Program-made: the position numbers and the translations under genes
The notes under the pieces: generated by a model
What the model saw: the letters and a program-made list of their open reading frames with translations, nothing else
Databases searched by the model: none
Told to the model about the DNA's origin: nothing
NCBI GenBank assembly: GCA_965208325.1
Contig: OZ242326.1
Span: 3,104,001-3,168,000 of the forward strand
Reading direction: 5' to 3'
Length of the DNA: 64,000 bases
Origin: Candidatus Poribacteria bacterium
GTDB taxonomy: Bacteria; Poribacteria; WGA-4E; PCPOR2b
Shown: piece after piece, positions 39,569-50,600 of the stretch
How the letters are laid out: every line of letters begins with the position of its first letter
Numbering within the stretch: the stretch's first letter is position 1

Positions 39569-41344
39569 TTAGGTAGTCCTTCCTTGTATATTGCGCGCTA
39601 TGTCGAGCACATCATTTAAGCGGTTCGTTAATGGTGTGTAGTCTTGAACAAATTGATTTGACAAGCTGGTTAACTGGCTTCCTAGTGATTCCAATGACCT
39701 TGTGAGTTCTTCTTGAAGGGCTTCATCCAAGAATCGAATTTGCTGATTCATTCGTTCAGCACTCTCTCGAAAAACACGTTCCGATTCATTACTAATCGTA
39801 CTAAGCTGCTGTGATTGGGTCTGGAGCGTTTCTTCCAATTGACCGTTGGTGTTTTCCAATGTAGTGCGCAAGGTTTCGGAGGTGCTCTGGATGGCGGCTG
39901 CAAGCTGTGTCGTGAATCCCGTTAAAGTTTCTCTTTGCCTTTCCATGTGAATTTGTGAATTGGCGAGCGAGTCTTGTACAACGGTTGAAAATCCATCGGT
40001 TATGGTTTTAATCTGGGCGCTTGTGTTTTCTACCGTCGTCTCAAGCTGATTTGATTGTGTTTGGAGAGTATTTTCTAATCCCCGGTTAGTTTTAACGATT
40101 GTAGCCTCGAGCTGGTTAGCTTGGTTTTCTAATGCGCTTTTGAATCCTTGAAAAGTATCATTGATAATCTGTTCAACGTGCGCAGTGGTGCTCTTGAACA
40201 TGGCTTCGGTTTGCTGTTGGATACGAACCGCTGTATCATCCACCGTTTGTTCAAGTTGTTTAGACTGATTAGCCAGCGCAGCACGTTGTTTATCCATAGA
40301 AGCGTGCGAGTTGTCAATGGCCCCCTGCACCGCTTGAGAAAAGCCGTTCGTTAATTCATCCAGACGCTTTTCGACAATGGGGAATGCATCACGTGCATTT
40401 TCAGCCAGAGCGCTAAATGCCTCAAGATGCGCCTCCAGTTGCCCAATCTGCTGCTGCAGCGCTTTAAGTATGGGATCAAGTTTTTCTGAACTTGATACGA
40501 TTGCGTCGCTTCGGTCAGCAATTACGCCTAATGATTGACTTGATTTTTCTACGCATTCAGCGGCGATTCTAAACTCCTGTGCTAATTCGTCCATCTGTTG
40601 CCGATACTGTTCTTGCCAATCGTTGATTCGTCCTACCGCTTCGTTCAAATGCTTGAAGTTATCTCCAAATTGTTCAGTGATTTTCTGGTTGAAATCTTTT
40701 ATGACTTGCTCAAGCGCCTGGATCAAAGTTTTGACATTATCCGCCGCCATCTTTTCGGCAAATGTGTTAAACGTTTGAACCACTTCGTCTTGCTTATCTG
40801 AAAACGTGCGAATCAAATCGTCCTGTTTGTCAGAAAACGTGGTTCGCAGCTTTTGCATTTGGGTCAACACCGTGCTATCGCCCTCTCCCGTTAACGATTT
40901 TTCAATGGCTTGAAGCGCCTCTTTTGTTTCTAGTCCTTCCTCTTTCTCAACGGTGAGGATGTCGCGCAACAATTCCGCAAGGTCATCAACTGTTGCACCG
41001 GTGTAAGTGGTCGCTGAATCCCGCTGTTTACGCTGTTTGTTTAGGGTTGACCACTTGATGGCAATTGAACCAGCGATGCCCACAATGGACGTGATAAAGG
41101 CAAATCTCAATCCTTCGAGTAACCGCTCCACACTGTCTTTGATTCTATCGGGATCGAAGTGTAATAGGCCCCAAGCGATTCCAATAAATGTACCAAGTAC
41201 GCCGATGATGGTCACGATAGAAGCGATTCCGTTGACCTGGTGGTGCCGAATCTTTCGAAACCAAATTATTGCCAGCAATATGAAGGCCACGAAAACAGTG
41301 ATAAGAGCAATTGAAAAAAAATCTGGGGTGAATTTATCCGTCAT
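39569..41344 (-). CDS. zorA: MotA/TolQ/ExbB-like protein with long coiled-coil tail, Zorya ZorA-like
   Basis: Three TMs (GVLGTFIGI, GLRFAFITSIVG), FNQKITEQFGDNFK.LNEAV motif, more than 400 aa helical tail. Confidence 0.85.
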   Translation of the reverse strand: MTDKFTPDFFSIALITVFVAFILLAIIWFRKIRHHQVNGIASIVTIIGVLGTFIGIAWGLLHFDPDRIKDSVERLLEGLRFAFITSIVGIAGSIAIKWSTLNKQRKQRDSATTYTGATVDDLAELLRDILTVEKEEGLETKEALQAIEKSLTGEGDSTVLTQMQKLRTTFSDKQDDLIRTFSDKQDEVVQTFNTFAEKMAADNVKTLIQALEQVIKDFNQKITEQFGDNFKHLNEAVGRINDWQEQYRQQMDELAQEFRIAAECVEKSSQSLGVIADRSDAIVSSSEKLDPILKALQQQIGQLEAHLEAFSALAENARDAFPIVEKRLDELTNGFSQAVQGAIDNSHASMDKQRAALANQSKQLEQTVDDTAVRIQQQTEAMFKSTTAHVEQIINDTFQGFKSALENQANQLEATIVKTNRGLENTLQTQSNQLETTVENTSAQIKTITDGFSTVVQDSLANSQIHMERQRETLTGFTTQLAAAIQSTSETLRTTLENTNGQLEETLQTQSQQLSTISNESERVFRESAERMNQQIRFLDEALQEELTRSLESLGSQLTSLSNQFVQDYTPLTNRLNDVLDIARNIQGRTT

Positions 41345-41741
41345 TAATTTTCCTCCTTTAAGTCTGTTGGCGAAAATCTGTCAAGTATGACTGGCAACCG
41401 TGGGCTTGCCAGAATTTGGGAAAAAATGTCCCTAAAGTTTATGTATCATCATGGTAAGGTTTGCATGGCCAAACGGGAAATTCGCGAGTACGATTATACT
41501 GTGCAGATGAAGTGTGCCTACAAATTCGTTTCGCGGCGAGCGTTGTTTTAAAATACGCGGAGGCAGGGCAACCCGCAGCCAATCCAGGTTGCAACGTTGA
41601 ATAAAATCTGCCAATCAACGGTTGTGAAGCGAAGCAAGATTGATGCATCTTGTCGTTTTCCCTTGAGGTATTGAACAATTTGCAAAATTTTTGAATAGCG
41701 CCGCCCCTTTATCGCTTGGTCGCAGTTAATAGAAGGAGCAT

Positions 41742-42779
41742 TCACACATATCCTAGCGGGGTCATCAGCTTTCTAAGTTCTTTTGAGACAACTAAGTCGA
41801 ACGTGTTGTTCTTAGGCGTATGGAACTCTATAGACGCTACGAATCTGTACTCCTGCTGCGCTTTATATTCTATCTGCTTTACGAAGGGCAGAAAATCGCC
41901 TTCTCGGAACTGGGGTATACCGGCGATAAATGGCGGGATGTTTTTGGTCTCTAGGTAAAGTACAGGTCCGTGGTCAATAAATATAGAATAGCCGCCCGGC
42001 CGTTCTTTGTGTCGTGCGTGTGCGGCAGCGAGAACACTCTTTTCCGCCATAGATAACCCGTGCGTAGTAGAATAACATGCAAGTGTATTTTCGATGTATT
42101 CCTTTGTGGGAGGGGATACAATCGAGAAAAGTTCAGGCGCGCTGCATTGGAAGTCCTCTTCAATCCTTACTTGTTTTCCGAAGTCGTAACCGAGTTGCTT
42201 AGCGAAATTTGACGGATTATTGATGCGAGTCATAAAATCGTAGTTGGCGGAGAGATTGTCCCGTTGTTTCATTCTCTGGCGGCGAGTGTCAGGTGAAATT
42301 GAAGTACAATACATCCACTCATCGGGCCCCGACAGCGTGAGTGTTATATGCGCGTTGGCGTGCTCAAAATCGACGGGACTCTCTCGCAAGCTCTTTTTCA
42401 AGAATTCTGTTGGGGTGGTTCCTTTTCTTTTCCAATCGAGTTGCTCCACTAAGATGGAATCTAGCTTGTCAGCGATTAGCTCGGAGTGCTTGTCTGGATT
42501 AAGGCCGCGAAAGACGATTGGTGTTGCTAATCGAATGTGCGTCGAGGGTGTAGCCGACACCGGCGAGAATTGTGAAGCTGAATACTTTATCAAGGCGGGC
42601 ACATCGGAAGGCGGAAGCTGAATACCTCGAGCGAAGTCAGCACTGTCCCAATCAATTGAACGAATAACCAACGAATACGATGGGTTGTTTGGGTCGATAG
42701 CCACCTGCTCAATCTTTACTCCATTCAAAAATTCCGGGTGTGATTGAGCGATATCTTCAAGAGGATTGATTACAAACAT
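41742..42779 (-). CDS. hypothetical protein
   Basis: 345-aa open frame; PFVKQIEYKAQQEYRF C-terminal motif; no family recognised. Confidence 0.65.
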   Translation of the reverse strand: MFVINPLEDIAQSHPEFLNGVKIEQVAIDPNNPSYSLVIRSIDWDSADFARGIQLPPSDVPALIKYSASQFSPVSATPSTHIRLATPIVFRGLNPDKHSELIADKLDSILVEQLDWKRKGTTPTEFLKKSLRESPVDFEHANAHITLTLSGPDEWMYCTSISPDTRRQRMKQRDNLSANYDFMTRINNPSNFAKQLGYDFGKQVRIEEDFQCSAPELFSIVSPPTKEYIENTLACYSTTHGLSMAEKSVLAAAHARHKERPGGYSIFIDHGPVLYLETKNIPPFIAGIPQFREGDFLPFVKQIEYKAQQEYRFVASIEFHTPKNNTFDLVVSKELRKLMTPLGYV

Positions 42780-42951
42780 CAGGAAAAAATTTTTGCTTTA
42801 CGGACCTAGGTGAAAAATGCCGAGCCGGAAATCGCCGTAGCGCGGCGCACGATCGGTATTATTGTGGTAATGTGATTTAGGATTACCGAGCCAGAATTAT
42901 GTGCACTGTACCCGATTGTGTTTAAAATTCCATTCTGGTTTGCTAGTTCAC

Positions 42952-43059
42952 GAAGGTTGGGTTGAGCAGCGTTCGTTTAACGCGGGGATAAAGACGAAGG
43001 GGTTTCGGTCAATTGAAGGTGCTTGTGACTTGCATGGTGTTGCGAAACCCAACCTACAA
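42952..43059. repeat. REP element of the GTAGGTTGGGTTGAGC family
   Basis: GAAGGTTGGGTTGAGC ... GAAACCCAACCTACAA; same family as the 32.8 and 52.6 kb elements. Confidence 0.65.
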
Positions 43060-43106
43060 AAACTCTCTTGCCAAGCAATGCAGTATTTCACAAATTTTCC
43101 AATTTT

Positions 43107-43622
43107 CTATATATACGGACGTGGATTGGTTTTCTTTCTCAAATACAATGGATGCTTAGGAGTGCCGTCAGCGTTTACGCCTAACGTTTTAATGACTATA
43201 CCACTGGAACGCAGTATATCAAGGACGAAATTATCGCGCACTAACCCTTTTCTTTTCCTGCCCCAACCGGCAATAAACAAGTCGGCCTCTTCCACATTCT
43301 TTGAAATGTATTTGTCGTTGCTCTCACCTACAGGATCCGAACACCTCAACAAGTCTTTTGGATCAGGGGCACGATGGGCATACAGATTGACCACGACAAG
43401 ACGCGAGTAGCCCCACTCTTTAGCAAAGCCAACGCAACGCCTGATAGTGTGATCATCTTTCACCGCATCCGCTTTCGAGGGATTTAACAGACAGAAAACG
43501 ACTTTTCCCTCCTTAACAGTGTTTTGTGCAAGTTCCGACGGTGACCACTCCCTGATAAGCTCGTATCGGTACGTCCCGCAATCTGAAATTTTGGCGGAAC
43601 TATTCGTGTATTTAAAGTTCAT
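43107..43622 (-). CDS. DUF1643 domain protein
   Basis: YRYEL.REW, LLNPSKAD, DHTIRRC, VVNLYA.RA.DP, GWG, PKHPLY. Confidence 0.9.
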   Translation of the reverse strand: MNFKYTNSSAKISDCGTYRYELIREWSPSELAQNTVKEGKVVFCLLNPSKADAVKDDHTIRRCVGFAKEWGYSRLVVVNLYAHRAPDPKDLLRCSDPVGESNDKYISKNVEEADLFIAGWGRKRKGLVRDNFVLDILRSSGIVIKTLGVNADGTPKHPLYLRKKTNPRPYI

Positions 43623-44161
43623 AGGAAATTCTTTTCCTTTTCGGGTTGTAGGGGCGCAATGCGTGCACGTCGAACGATGATGCGCAATCGCAACTTTGAA
43701 ACAGATTCATTATCCAACACCGTAAGTTGACTTACCGCTAGGAGTTAACTGTAATCTGGGATGGCAGGATTTCAATGATGCGTGTTGATTCGACTCTGAC
43801 ATGGACAATACTTATTATTTTGGCGACGGTTATTTCGCCAGCGAATACCATGCGTTTGTACGCTGCGGGAATCCAACCGGTTTGTTAAGTCAACAGCAAA
43901 ATAATCGAAACGGCAAAACACTACAGGGTTGTTTGGAGGCCGGTACGCTACAATGCACGTAATGTTTATTGGAGGTCACTGTTATTGAAGAGTGGCGTAA
44001 CGGAGAAAAATAGTGTGGACCATCCCCGTTCCTAATCGTTTCGTTGCTCACTCCTTCTTGGGTCTGTTAATCTGTCGATCTTATCCCAACCCTCAAGAAC
44101 TATAAGAATGAGGGCGAACGAGCACGTGCTTTAAGGAAAAGGAAGGGCGCGGTATGTACCG

Positions 44162-44668
44162 TCAATGCTCGCGGAAATCGAGACTGAAGGATTCCTCGTA
44201 TAATTCATTCATGGAATCTTGGTAAGACACACTGATTTTAAGCGATGATTGCATGAAATTATTGAAATCATTATGTGATCCATGGCCTACGCTCTGCTCT
44301 CTATTTTCTCCCGGAGGCATATAGTTGATGCCCGTCGAAAGGAATCTCACCTCGCTTAGTGAGCGTCTACCACTAATCGGAAAGGATAATTCAGTATCAA
44401 ACTTTATATGATACGCGGGGCCCACACCAATATTTTTCACACAAAGAAACACAGTAGTATGGTTTGTCGTCTCAGACCGCAGATGGATTGCCATCCGGGG
44501 TTTTTGGGCATTTAAACGCATTTGCTTGTTTTCGTCTAGTATGTCCTTTGTTAATTTGACGTAGTCTCGCGTTAAGCGGACATAACGCCATGTGATGACC
44601 GCCAACACTACGGCGGCGCCCCCAGTAATAAAGCTAATGACTATCGAAAAGACATCCTTGAATTCCAT
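44162..44668 (-). CDS. membrane-anchored hypothetical protein
   Basis: N-terminal TM, LAVITWRYVRLT, KNIGVGPAY (Ig-like strand pattern). Confidence 0.7.
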   Translation of the reverse strand: MEFKDVFSIVISFITGGAAVVLAVITWRYVRLTRDYVKLTKDILDENKQMRLNAQKPRMAIHLRSETTNHTTVFLCVKNIGVGPAYHIKFDTELSFPISGRRSLSEVRFLSTGINYMPPGENREQSVGHGSHNDFNNFMQSSLKISVSYQDSMNELYEESFSLDFREH

Positions 44669-44848
44669 AAATTACTCATGATGATTCTGTTTCAATGTAA
44701 TTGTTCTACTGTAATGAGCGGTCGATTATCCATCAGCTAATCTGCAATCTGCACTACATTGTTTCAATAATTCGCGCTGATTTGACGCACGGATGGAAAA
44801 ATTGTAGCCCGCGGATTCAGATTACGAGAGTTCGCCGGGAGATGTGAC

Positions 44849-47632
44849 TCAGACTTTGTACACCTTCATTACTTCATCGCCATATTTGTTAATAATTTTT
44901 ACAGCAATTGAGCCGGTTTTTGGATAGGGGAATGGTCTGCTGACCGTGCGGTAGAGGGAGTTCCATGCCTCCTCGTTAATTTGCGTCTTTAATGTATTTT
45001 CGAGGACTTTATACGGGGGTCGTCCGTTAGAGCCTGAAAAGTATGCGTGACGGACGATAAAGATTTCGCCATTGTAATTTGTATCAATGAACCAGCAAAG
45101 GATTTTGTCTGTCGAATCAGAGCGCATTTGGTCTTTAGTCGGGACATACACATCCACGCCCTTTAGTTCCACGACGATTTGTGAGTCTAGTTCTTCCAAT
45201 TTTATGATGTCTACATCAGGTTCACCGAAAATCATGAAAAGATTCGCAGTGTCCGTCTTTTTCAGAAGATCGTCGTCGTTCATCATGAGGTCGCTGTGAA
45301 TGCGCACGGTTTCCACGTGCAATATTTTTCTGTATTGCGTAAGCTCAGTAGACACGGACGGCTCGTATGCGTAACCACAGACTATTAGTAAATCGTACCC
45401 CAAGCCTTTCCTTGCTTCTTTCACTGCTTCTTTAATTATTTCGGAAGTAACGCTGCCGAACTCAGGCCCTATGCAGATTGCGACTCGCCTTATTTCTTCA
45501 TCCACAGAGTATTCACCCTCGGCTGAAAGTGATAAGCCAGGGTATAAAGCAATCCAATCAAATTTTAGCCGCTCGCTTTTCACTCCGTTTTGGATGCCCG
45601 CCTTTTTAAGGTTCTCAATTACCATTGTCTCGAACTGCTCCGCGTTTGATTGCGGCTGTTGCTCGGTATCGGTCATCGTTGGTAAAACACGATAAGGAGA
45701 TAGGCTTTCAACGGTGAACGGGCCAGTAACGCGGCACCTTTTCTTGTCGATGTGCGGGTCGTCGTAACAAATGACAAATTCAGAATGCCGGTCAATAGCG
45801 GCGTCAATTTCGGCTTGACGTTTGCGTTTCAGCTCCCACCACGCGTCGATTTCACTTCTGAGCGTCGGCTGCGATTCCGTAATGGAAGCCGCGACCGGTA
45901 TTTCCCACTCTTCCCAAGTCGTATCGGCTAGACGATTGATTTCTGCTCGAATCGAATCTAGCTCATTCTGAAATTGCGCGTGAATGTCATCAATTCCAGG
46001 GGTGTTCGCAATTGATAAGAGTGTTTTGTGTTGAATGCACTTGTAGACGAATCCTTTCTTAATGTCCCCGCTAGTGTTCTTAAGGTAGTCAGGAGACGCT
46101 AGTTCCTCATCGCGTTTTTGCTTCGCTTCGGCTTTTAAGCCGTCAGGTGAATCTAGTAGGAGATAGTAGTCATATTTTGCTGACATTAGGCGGACGCGAG
46201 CTAATGCAAGCATGACACGAGAGGTGTCGATGGTTATCCAGCGTCTGCCCCATTGTTCAGCTACGTATGCCGTTGTGCCACTCCCACACGTTGGATCAAG
46301 CACAAGATCACCAGGGTCGGTAGTCATGAGGATGCAACGCTGGACAACTTTTGGTCTTGTCTGTACGACAGCCAACTTCTCATTAAAGTCTACTACATCG
46401 TTCCAGACTTCCGAAAGAGTTTTACGAGGTTTATCATCAATGAAGTCTTTATATCGCAAAGTCTCGCCCGCCTTTATTATCCGGCCGGTTTTTCTTAGAG
46501 CAGACATTCTTTCGGGGTAATTCAATCTCCAATGGCCACCTGCTGATGGTCTGAACACCTTGCCTTCAAATTCAAAAGGAGTATCTTCCGCGGCTTCGCC
46601 TTGGGAGGTCAAACTAATATCCTGGTATATTTTAGCTCCATTTGGTAGAAGCGACCGATCTGCTTTTTCCTCCCTAGTGAGTTTTCTTGTTGAACCGTCT
46701 GGCAACTCAACATTGGTGTAATAATCGTCAATTGTTTTTTCAGATTTATAGATTTTGTTGTACTTCAGATTCTCCTTATTCTGAGCGTACCAGATCAGAT
46801 AATCGCTTGTTCTTCCTAGATGCTTGGTACCCAATGGCGAGGCTATTTTGGCAAACGCTATTTGCCTGACAAAGTTGTCCCTACCAAAAACTTCATCCAT
46901 TAGACAGCGGACGAGGTGGACATTTTCATCGCCTATCTGAACGAATATGCTGCCCGTGTCGTTCAGCAATTGCCGCGCAACACTAAGGCGGTCTCTAAGG
47001 TAGGTTAGGTAAGAATGAATCTGTAGCTTCCATGTATCCCGATATGCCTTGATTACCTCTGGTTCGCGGGTGACATCTTCGGGGTTTTCATTGACGCCTT
47101 TCTTTTGCGTGGTAGGCTGCCAATTACTAGAGAAGGTGATTCCATAGGGCGGATCGATATAAATCATTTGAACCTTACCCTTGAGAGTTTCCTTGTGCGC
47201 CAGGGAGTTCATTACTAGTCGGGAGTCGCCGAGAATGATGCGGTTGCTCCAGTTATGCTCGTGCTGATAAAAGTCGATTAGCTTGGTAAACTCGATGTTT
47301 TCGTACACATCGTCGAACAAATTGCGGTATTGTTCGCTATCGCCGTTTTTTCTTAGGTCTGCTATGATTGCCTTGGAATCAATGTTTTCTTGAATGTAGA
47401 TGGGGAGAAGATCGACTTCGAGGTCGCTGGCATTTTGCTCGTCTTTGCCTTTCCAGACGAGCTGCGGGTCAAGCGATGCGTCGCGCGGGTATGAGATTTT
47501 CATCGGTGACTTCTCCTCGTCTTGCGCAAAACCGCTCAATTCTTCCGTGGGGTTATTCTTTCTTTTGTCTGGGTGTATAGTGTTTTCGATGGCTCGTGGT
47601 GATTGTGTCCCATTTCGTCGTTGTCGTGACAT
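44849..47632 (-). CDS. mod: Type III-like adenine DNA methyltransferase (Mod)
   Basis: IYIDPPYG motif IV; PGDLVLDPTCGSGTT motif I (beta-class order); lies downstream of res. Confidence 0.92.
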   Translation of the reverse strand: MSRQRRNGTQSPRAIENTIHPDKRKNNPTEELSGFAQDEEKSPMKISYPRDASLDPQLVWKGKDEQNASDLEVDLLPIYIQENIDSKAIIADLRKNGDSEQYRNLFDDVYENIEFTKLIDFYQHEHNWSNRIILGDSRLVMNSLAHKETLKGKVQMIYIDPPYGITFSSNWQPTTQKKGVNENPEDVTREPEVIKAYRDTWKLQIHSYLTYLRDRLSVARQLLNDTGSIFVQIGDENVHLVRCLMDEVFGRDNFVRQIAFAKIASPLGTKHLGRTSDYLIWYAQNKENLKYNKIYKSEKTIDDYYTNVELPDGSTRKLTREEKADRSLLPNGAKIYQDISLTSQGEAAEDTPFEFEGKVFRPSAGGHWRLNYPERMSALRKTGRIIKAGETLRYKDFIDDKPRKTLSEVWNDVVDFNEKLAVVQTRPKVVQRCILMTTDPGDLVLDPTCGSGTTAYVAEQWGRRWITIDTSRVMLALARVRLMSAKYDYYLLLDSPDGLKAEAKQKRDEELASPDYLKNTSGDIKKGFVYKCIQHKTLLSIANTPGIDDIHAQFQNELDSIRAEINRLADTTWEEWEIPVAASITESQPTLRSEIDAWWELKRKRQAEIDAAIDRHSEFVICYDDPHIDKKRCRVTGPFTVESLSPYRVLPTMTDTEQQPQSNAEQFETMVIENLKKAGIQNGVKSERLKFDWIALYPGLSLSAEGEYSVDEEIRRVAICIGPEFGSVTSEIIKEAVKEARKGLGYDLLIVCGYAYEPSVSTELTQYRKILHVETVRIHSDLMMNDDDLLKKTDTANLFMIFGEPDVDIIKLEELDSQIVVELKGVDVYVPTKDQMRSDSTDKILCWFIDTNYNGEIFIVRHAYFSGSNGRPPYKVLENTLKTQINEEAWNSLYRTVSRPFPYPKTGSIAVKIINKYGDEVMKVYKV

Positions 47633-47676
47633 TTATTCTCCTATGATAAATGGTGGGTTGGGTGAAAGAGGAATTT

Positions 47677-50600
47677 CTAAACAACGTTATCAATGAAACC
47701 GTTTATGGCGGTTCGCGCTGTGGATAGGTTTGATATTTCAAGCATTTGCCATTGTGCTGAATCAAAAGGATTGTTCGTTTTCTTGTCGGCTACGGACGTT
47801 ATGAAGTTGTTGACGGCGGGACACCACAATGAGTTCGCAGTAGCTACTTTCTCCTTTTTTTTTGCCTTTGCTTTTGGATCACTTGGGTTGCCGGATACTT
47901 CGAGTATTAAATTAAGCAGTTTGTTTTCCCGGTTTTCGATGTGGAGAATGAAATCGGGGATGTACTCACTTCGTTTGCTGTCGAAAACGTATGGGATGCT
48001 AAAATCAAGATTATAGTTTTTGACATACGACGACACGTTGTCCATCCCCTCAAAAATCCTTGCGATGTCTTCCTCCCAGCCCGAATGTAATGTAACGTGC
48101 GAGATATGGCATTTTGTTTCGGTCTCGTAAACAGGGAGGGCTGTATCGAATGCTACATACCGGGTTGAGCCACTTTGCCGATAGCGCTCGAAAATAGGCT
48201 GAATCTCGGAACGTTCACGCGCCGTGTTTTTTATTGCGTTATGGATTCTTTCTGCTGCTTCGCGTCTGTATTCATCAAGCAAAAGCAGTTGCGGATATGC
48301 GCCGTAATGGTAAACAACAAATTCCTCCCGCCAACGTCGCACGATTTCGCGCAACTGCGGAAAAAGCCAGATGTTGTCGCTGAAATATCTGGTCAAGATT
48401 TCGCGGGCTATCCCATAATCGACTTCCTGAACACGTTTCCTTTCGAGGTCGGTAAGGGCTATATGTTCGTCGCCTAAGATTGAGGCGGTAGTCGTGCGAT
48501 CGGCTATCGCCTCAACTTCGTAACGCGCCGCCTCGCCAAACGCGACTTTAAGCACATCTTCGTGGTAGGGATACGTATACCCGCTTAAACGAGGAAAAGT
48601 GATTTCCCATTTTATACGCTCTTGCAATGCACGAACATGCGTCGTCGGTTTTGGGTCTGGCCTCTTCATCGTACCCGCTGACGGAATAAAGGAAAAGGGA
48701 ATGCCATAGACCTCTGCAAACTGAGCCGGGTAGGTCAATTGTTCCGGATTGGCATGCAACGGTTCAGTTTCTTCGTAGTCTGTCCGCCTTAATCCGCGAC
48801 CAACAACCTGCTCACACAGTAGCTGAGTGCTGAACGCACGGACGCCGAGGATATGGGTAACTGTTTTTGCATCCCAGCCCTCCGTGAGCATTGACACCGA
48901 GATGACACACTTGATTTGTTCGCCCATTTTGCCGCGTTTTCCGACTGTGTTCATTACCTCACGCAGCAACTCACCGTCTTTTATCTTTTCAGGATCTTTA
49001 CCGGGATTTCTTGCTTGATAATCCTTTTTGAATTGCGCAATTTCTGTCGCGGCGGCTCTTTTGAAAGTGCCGCTCAACTGCTCTCCTGATTCCGTTTCAC
49101 CGCTGTGGATAAGGATTGTGTTAGGTCTAACCAACCAGTTTCCATCTTTTGCATTGCTAAAGAGCGGCAGTTTGCCGTCCTCTATACTTTCGCCTCCACC
49201 AGGAAGTTGCTTTTTATGACCCGACACCCAATCTCGGACTAACCTAGATACCCTAATGTTGTTGCAAACAATAATCATCACTGGGGGAGAAGTGTTTTTT
49301 GAGTCCGATTCCCATCGGTGATGATATGTCTCATAACTGCCGTAGAGACTTCGGAGCGCAGTTTCTAGTTCTTCAGGGAGACTAACATCGCTGGTTATTC
49401 TGCTGTTCGCTTTTGGCAGTTTATCTTTAATGTGAGGCCAGAGCACAAGATTGACTGGTTGAGATGCGGAGGGCAAACTGTCATCAACCGGGACGCGGGG
49501 AACTTTGACAATCCCGCTTTCTATGGCATCAATCAGGGAAAAGTCGCTGACAACCCATGGGAATAAAACACCTTCGGCTATTCTCTTTCCTCCGCGGACT
49601 TCTCTGCTGTATCCGGCCCCTTTTATAAAAAATGGGGTTGCGGATAGGTCGTATACCACCTTGACGCCCAATTTCTGGTTAACAGCTTCAATACCAGAAA
49701 TCCAGATTCTTGCTTCATCGTTCCTGTCGTCCATCTCCTTTTCTTCATCCTTATCAACGCCCGCGATTTCATCACCCGATTGCTTAGCACGGTAGCAGTG
49801 GTGCGCTTCATCGTTAAATACAATGATATTTTTTTTCGCTTTTAGCTGGCGCAAAACACGATTCACCATGCGACCTGGGGTTTCCTGCAGGACTTCGGGA
49901 TCTGCTTTAAGCACTTTTCCTACAACCTCGGATACGTCCTTGCGTGGCTTAAACTTGTGATAATTTTCGATGACGATATTTGCTTGCGCCAGTTCTTCTC
50001 TGTGACCATGCGGTACGATATCGCGCTCTTTATAGTAGTTTTCGCGCGCCTGTGGATAAAGGACCTTTAAGCGCTCTCGAATTGTTACACCAGGGGTTAA
50101 AATCAGGAAAGCATCGGAAAACTTTTTATCCCGCCGGTTGGCTACTTTGTTAAGTGTGTGCCACGCTATCAACATCGCCATGACGACAGTTTTACCGGCA
50201 CCCGTCGCCATCTTGAATGCGATTCGGAACAGCAGGGAATTAGCTTCGGCATTAGCATCGCGAATTTGGTTTTCAATCCAACCAGCACCTTCTTTTTTTG
50301 CCACTTCCGTGATGTAGATAGCAGTTTCGACAGCTTCAATTTGGCAGAAGAATAATTTTTTTTCTCGGTCGGGGTTGTTCCAATGCTCTAGCAGTTGCCG
50401 AGTGATAGGGGTTATGCCGCGATACCCTCCCCTGCGCCAAGTGATAACCTTCTCCCGGACTTCGTTTATGAATTTGTTTGGCTCAATGTCATTTTTAAGC
50501 CAATCGTCGCCAAAGTCAATAACGCCTTGATCGGGATTGGCTCGCAACCCTTTCGGGCGCGGGACGGGAATAAAATACTCGCTTTGCCGCCGAGACTCAA

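Noticed and set aside
38750..41344. Flagellar motAB or ExbBD/TolQR interpretation
   Set aside because: The long coiled-coil tail, coupled HNH nuclease and defence context fit Zorya; no flagellar or TonB genes nearby.
43716..43894. Short inverted repeat GTTGACTTA / TAAGTCAAC as a third MITE
   Set aside because: Only 9 bp, with no target duplication or second copy in the window; too weak.
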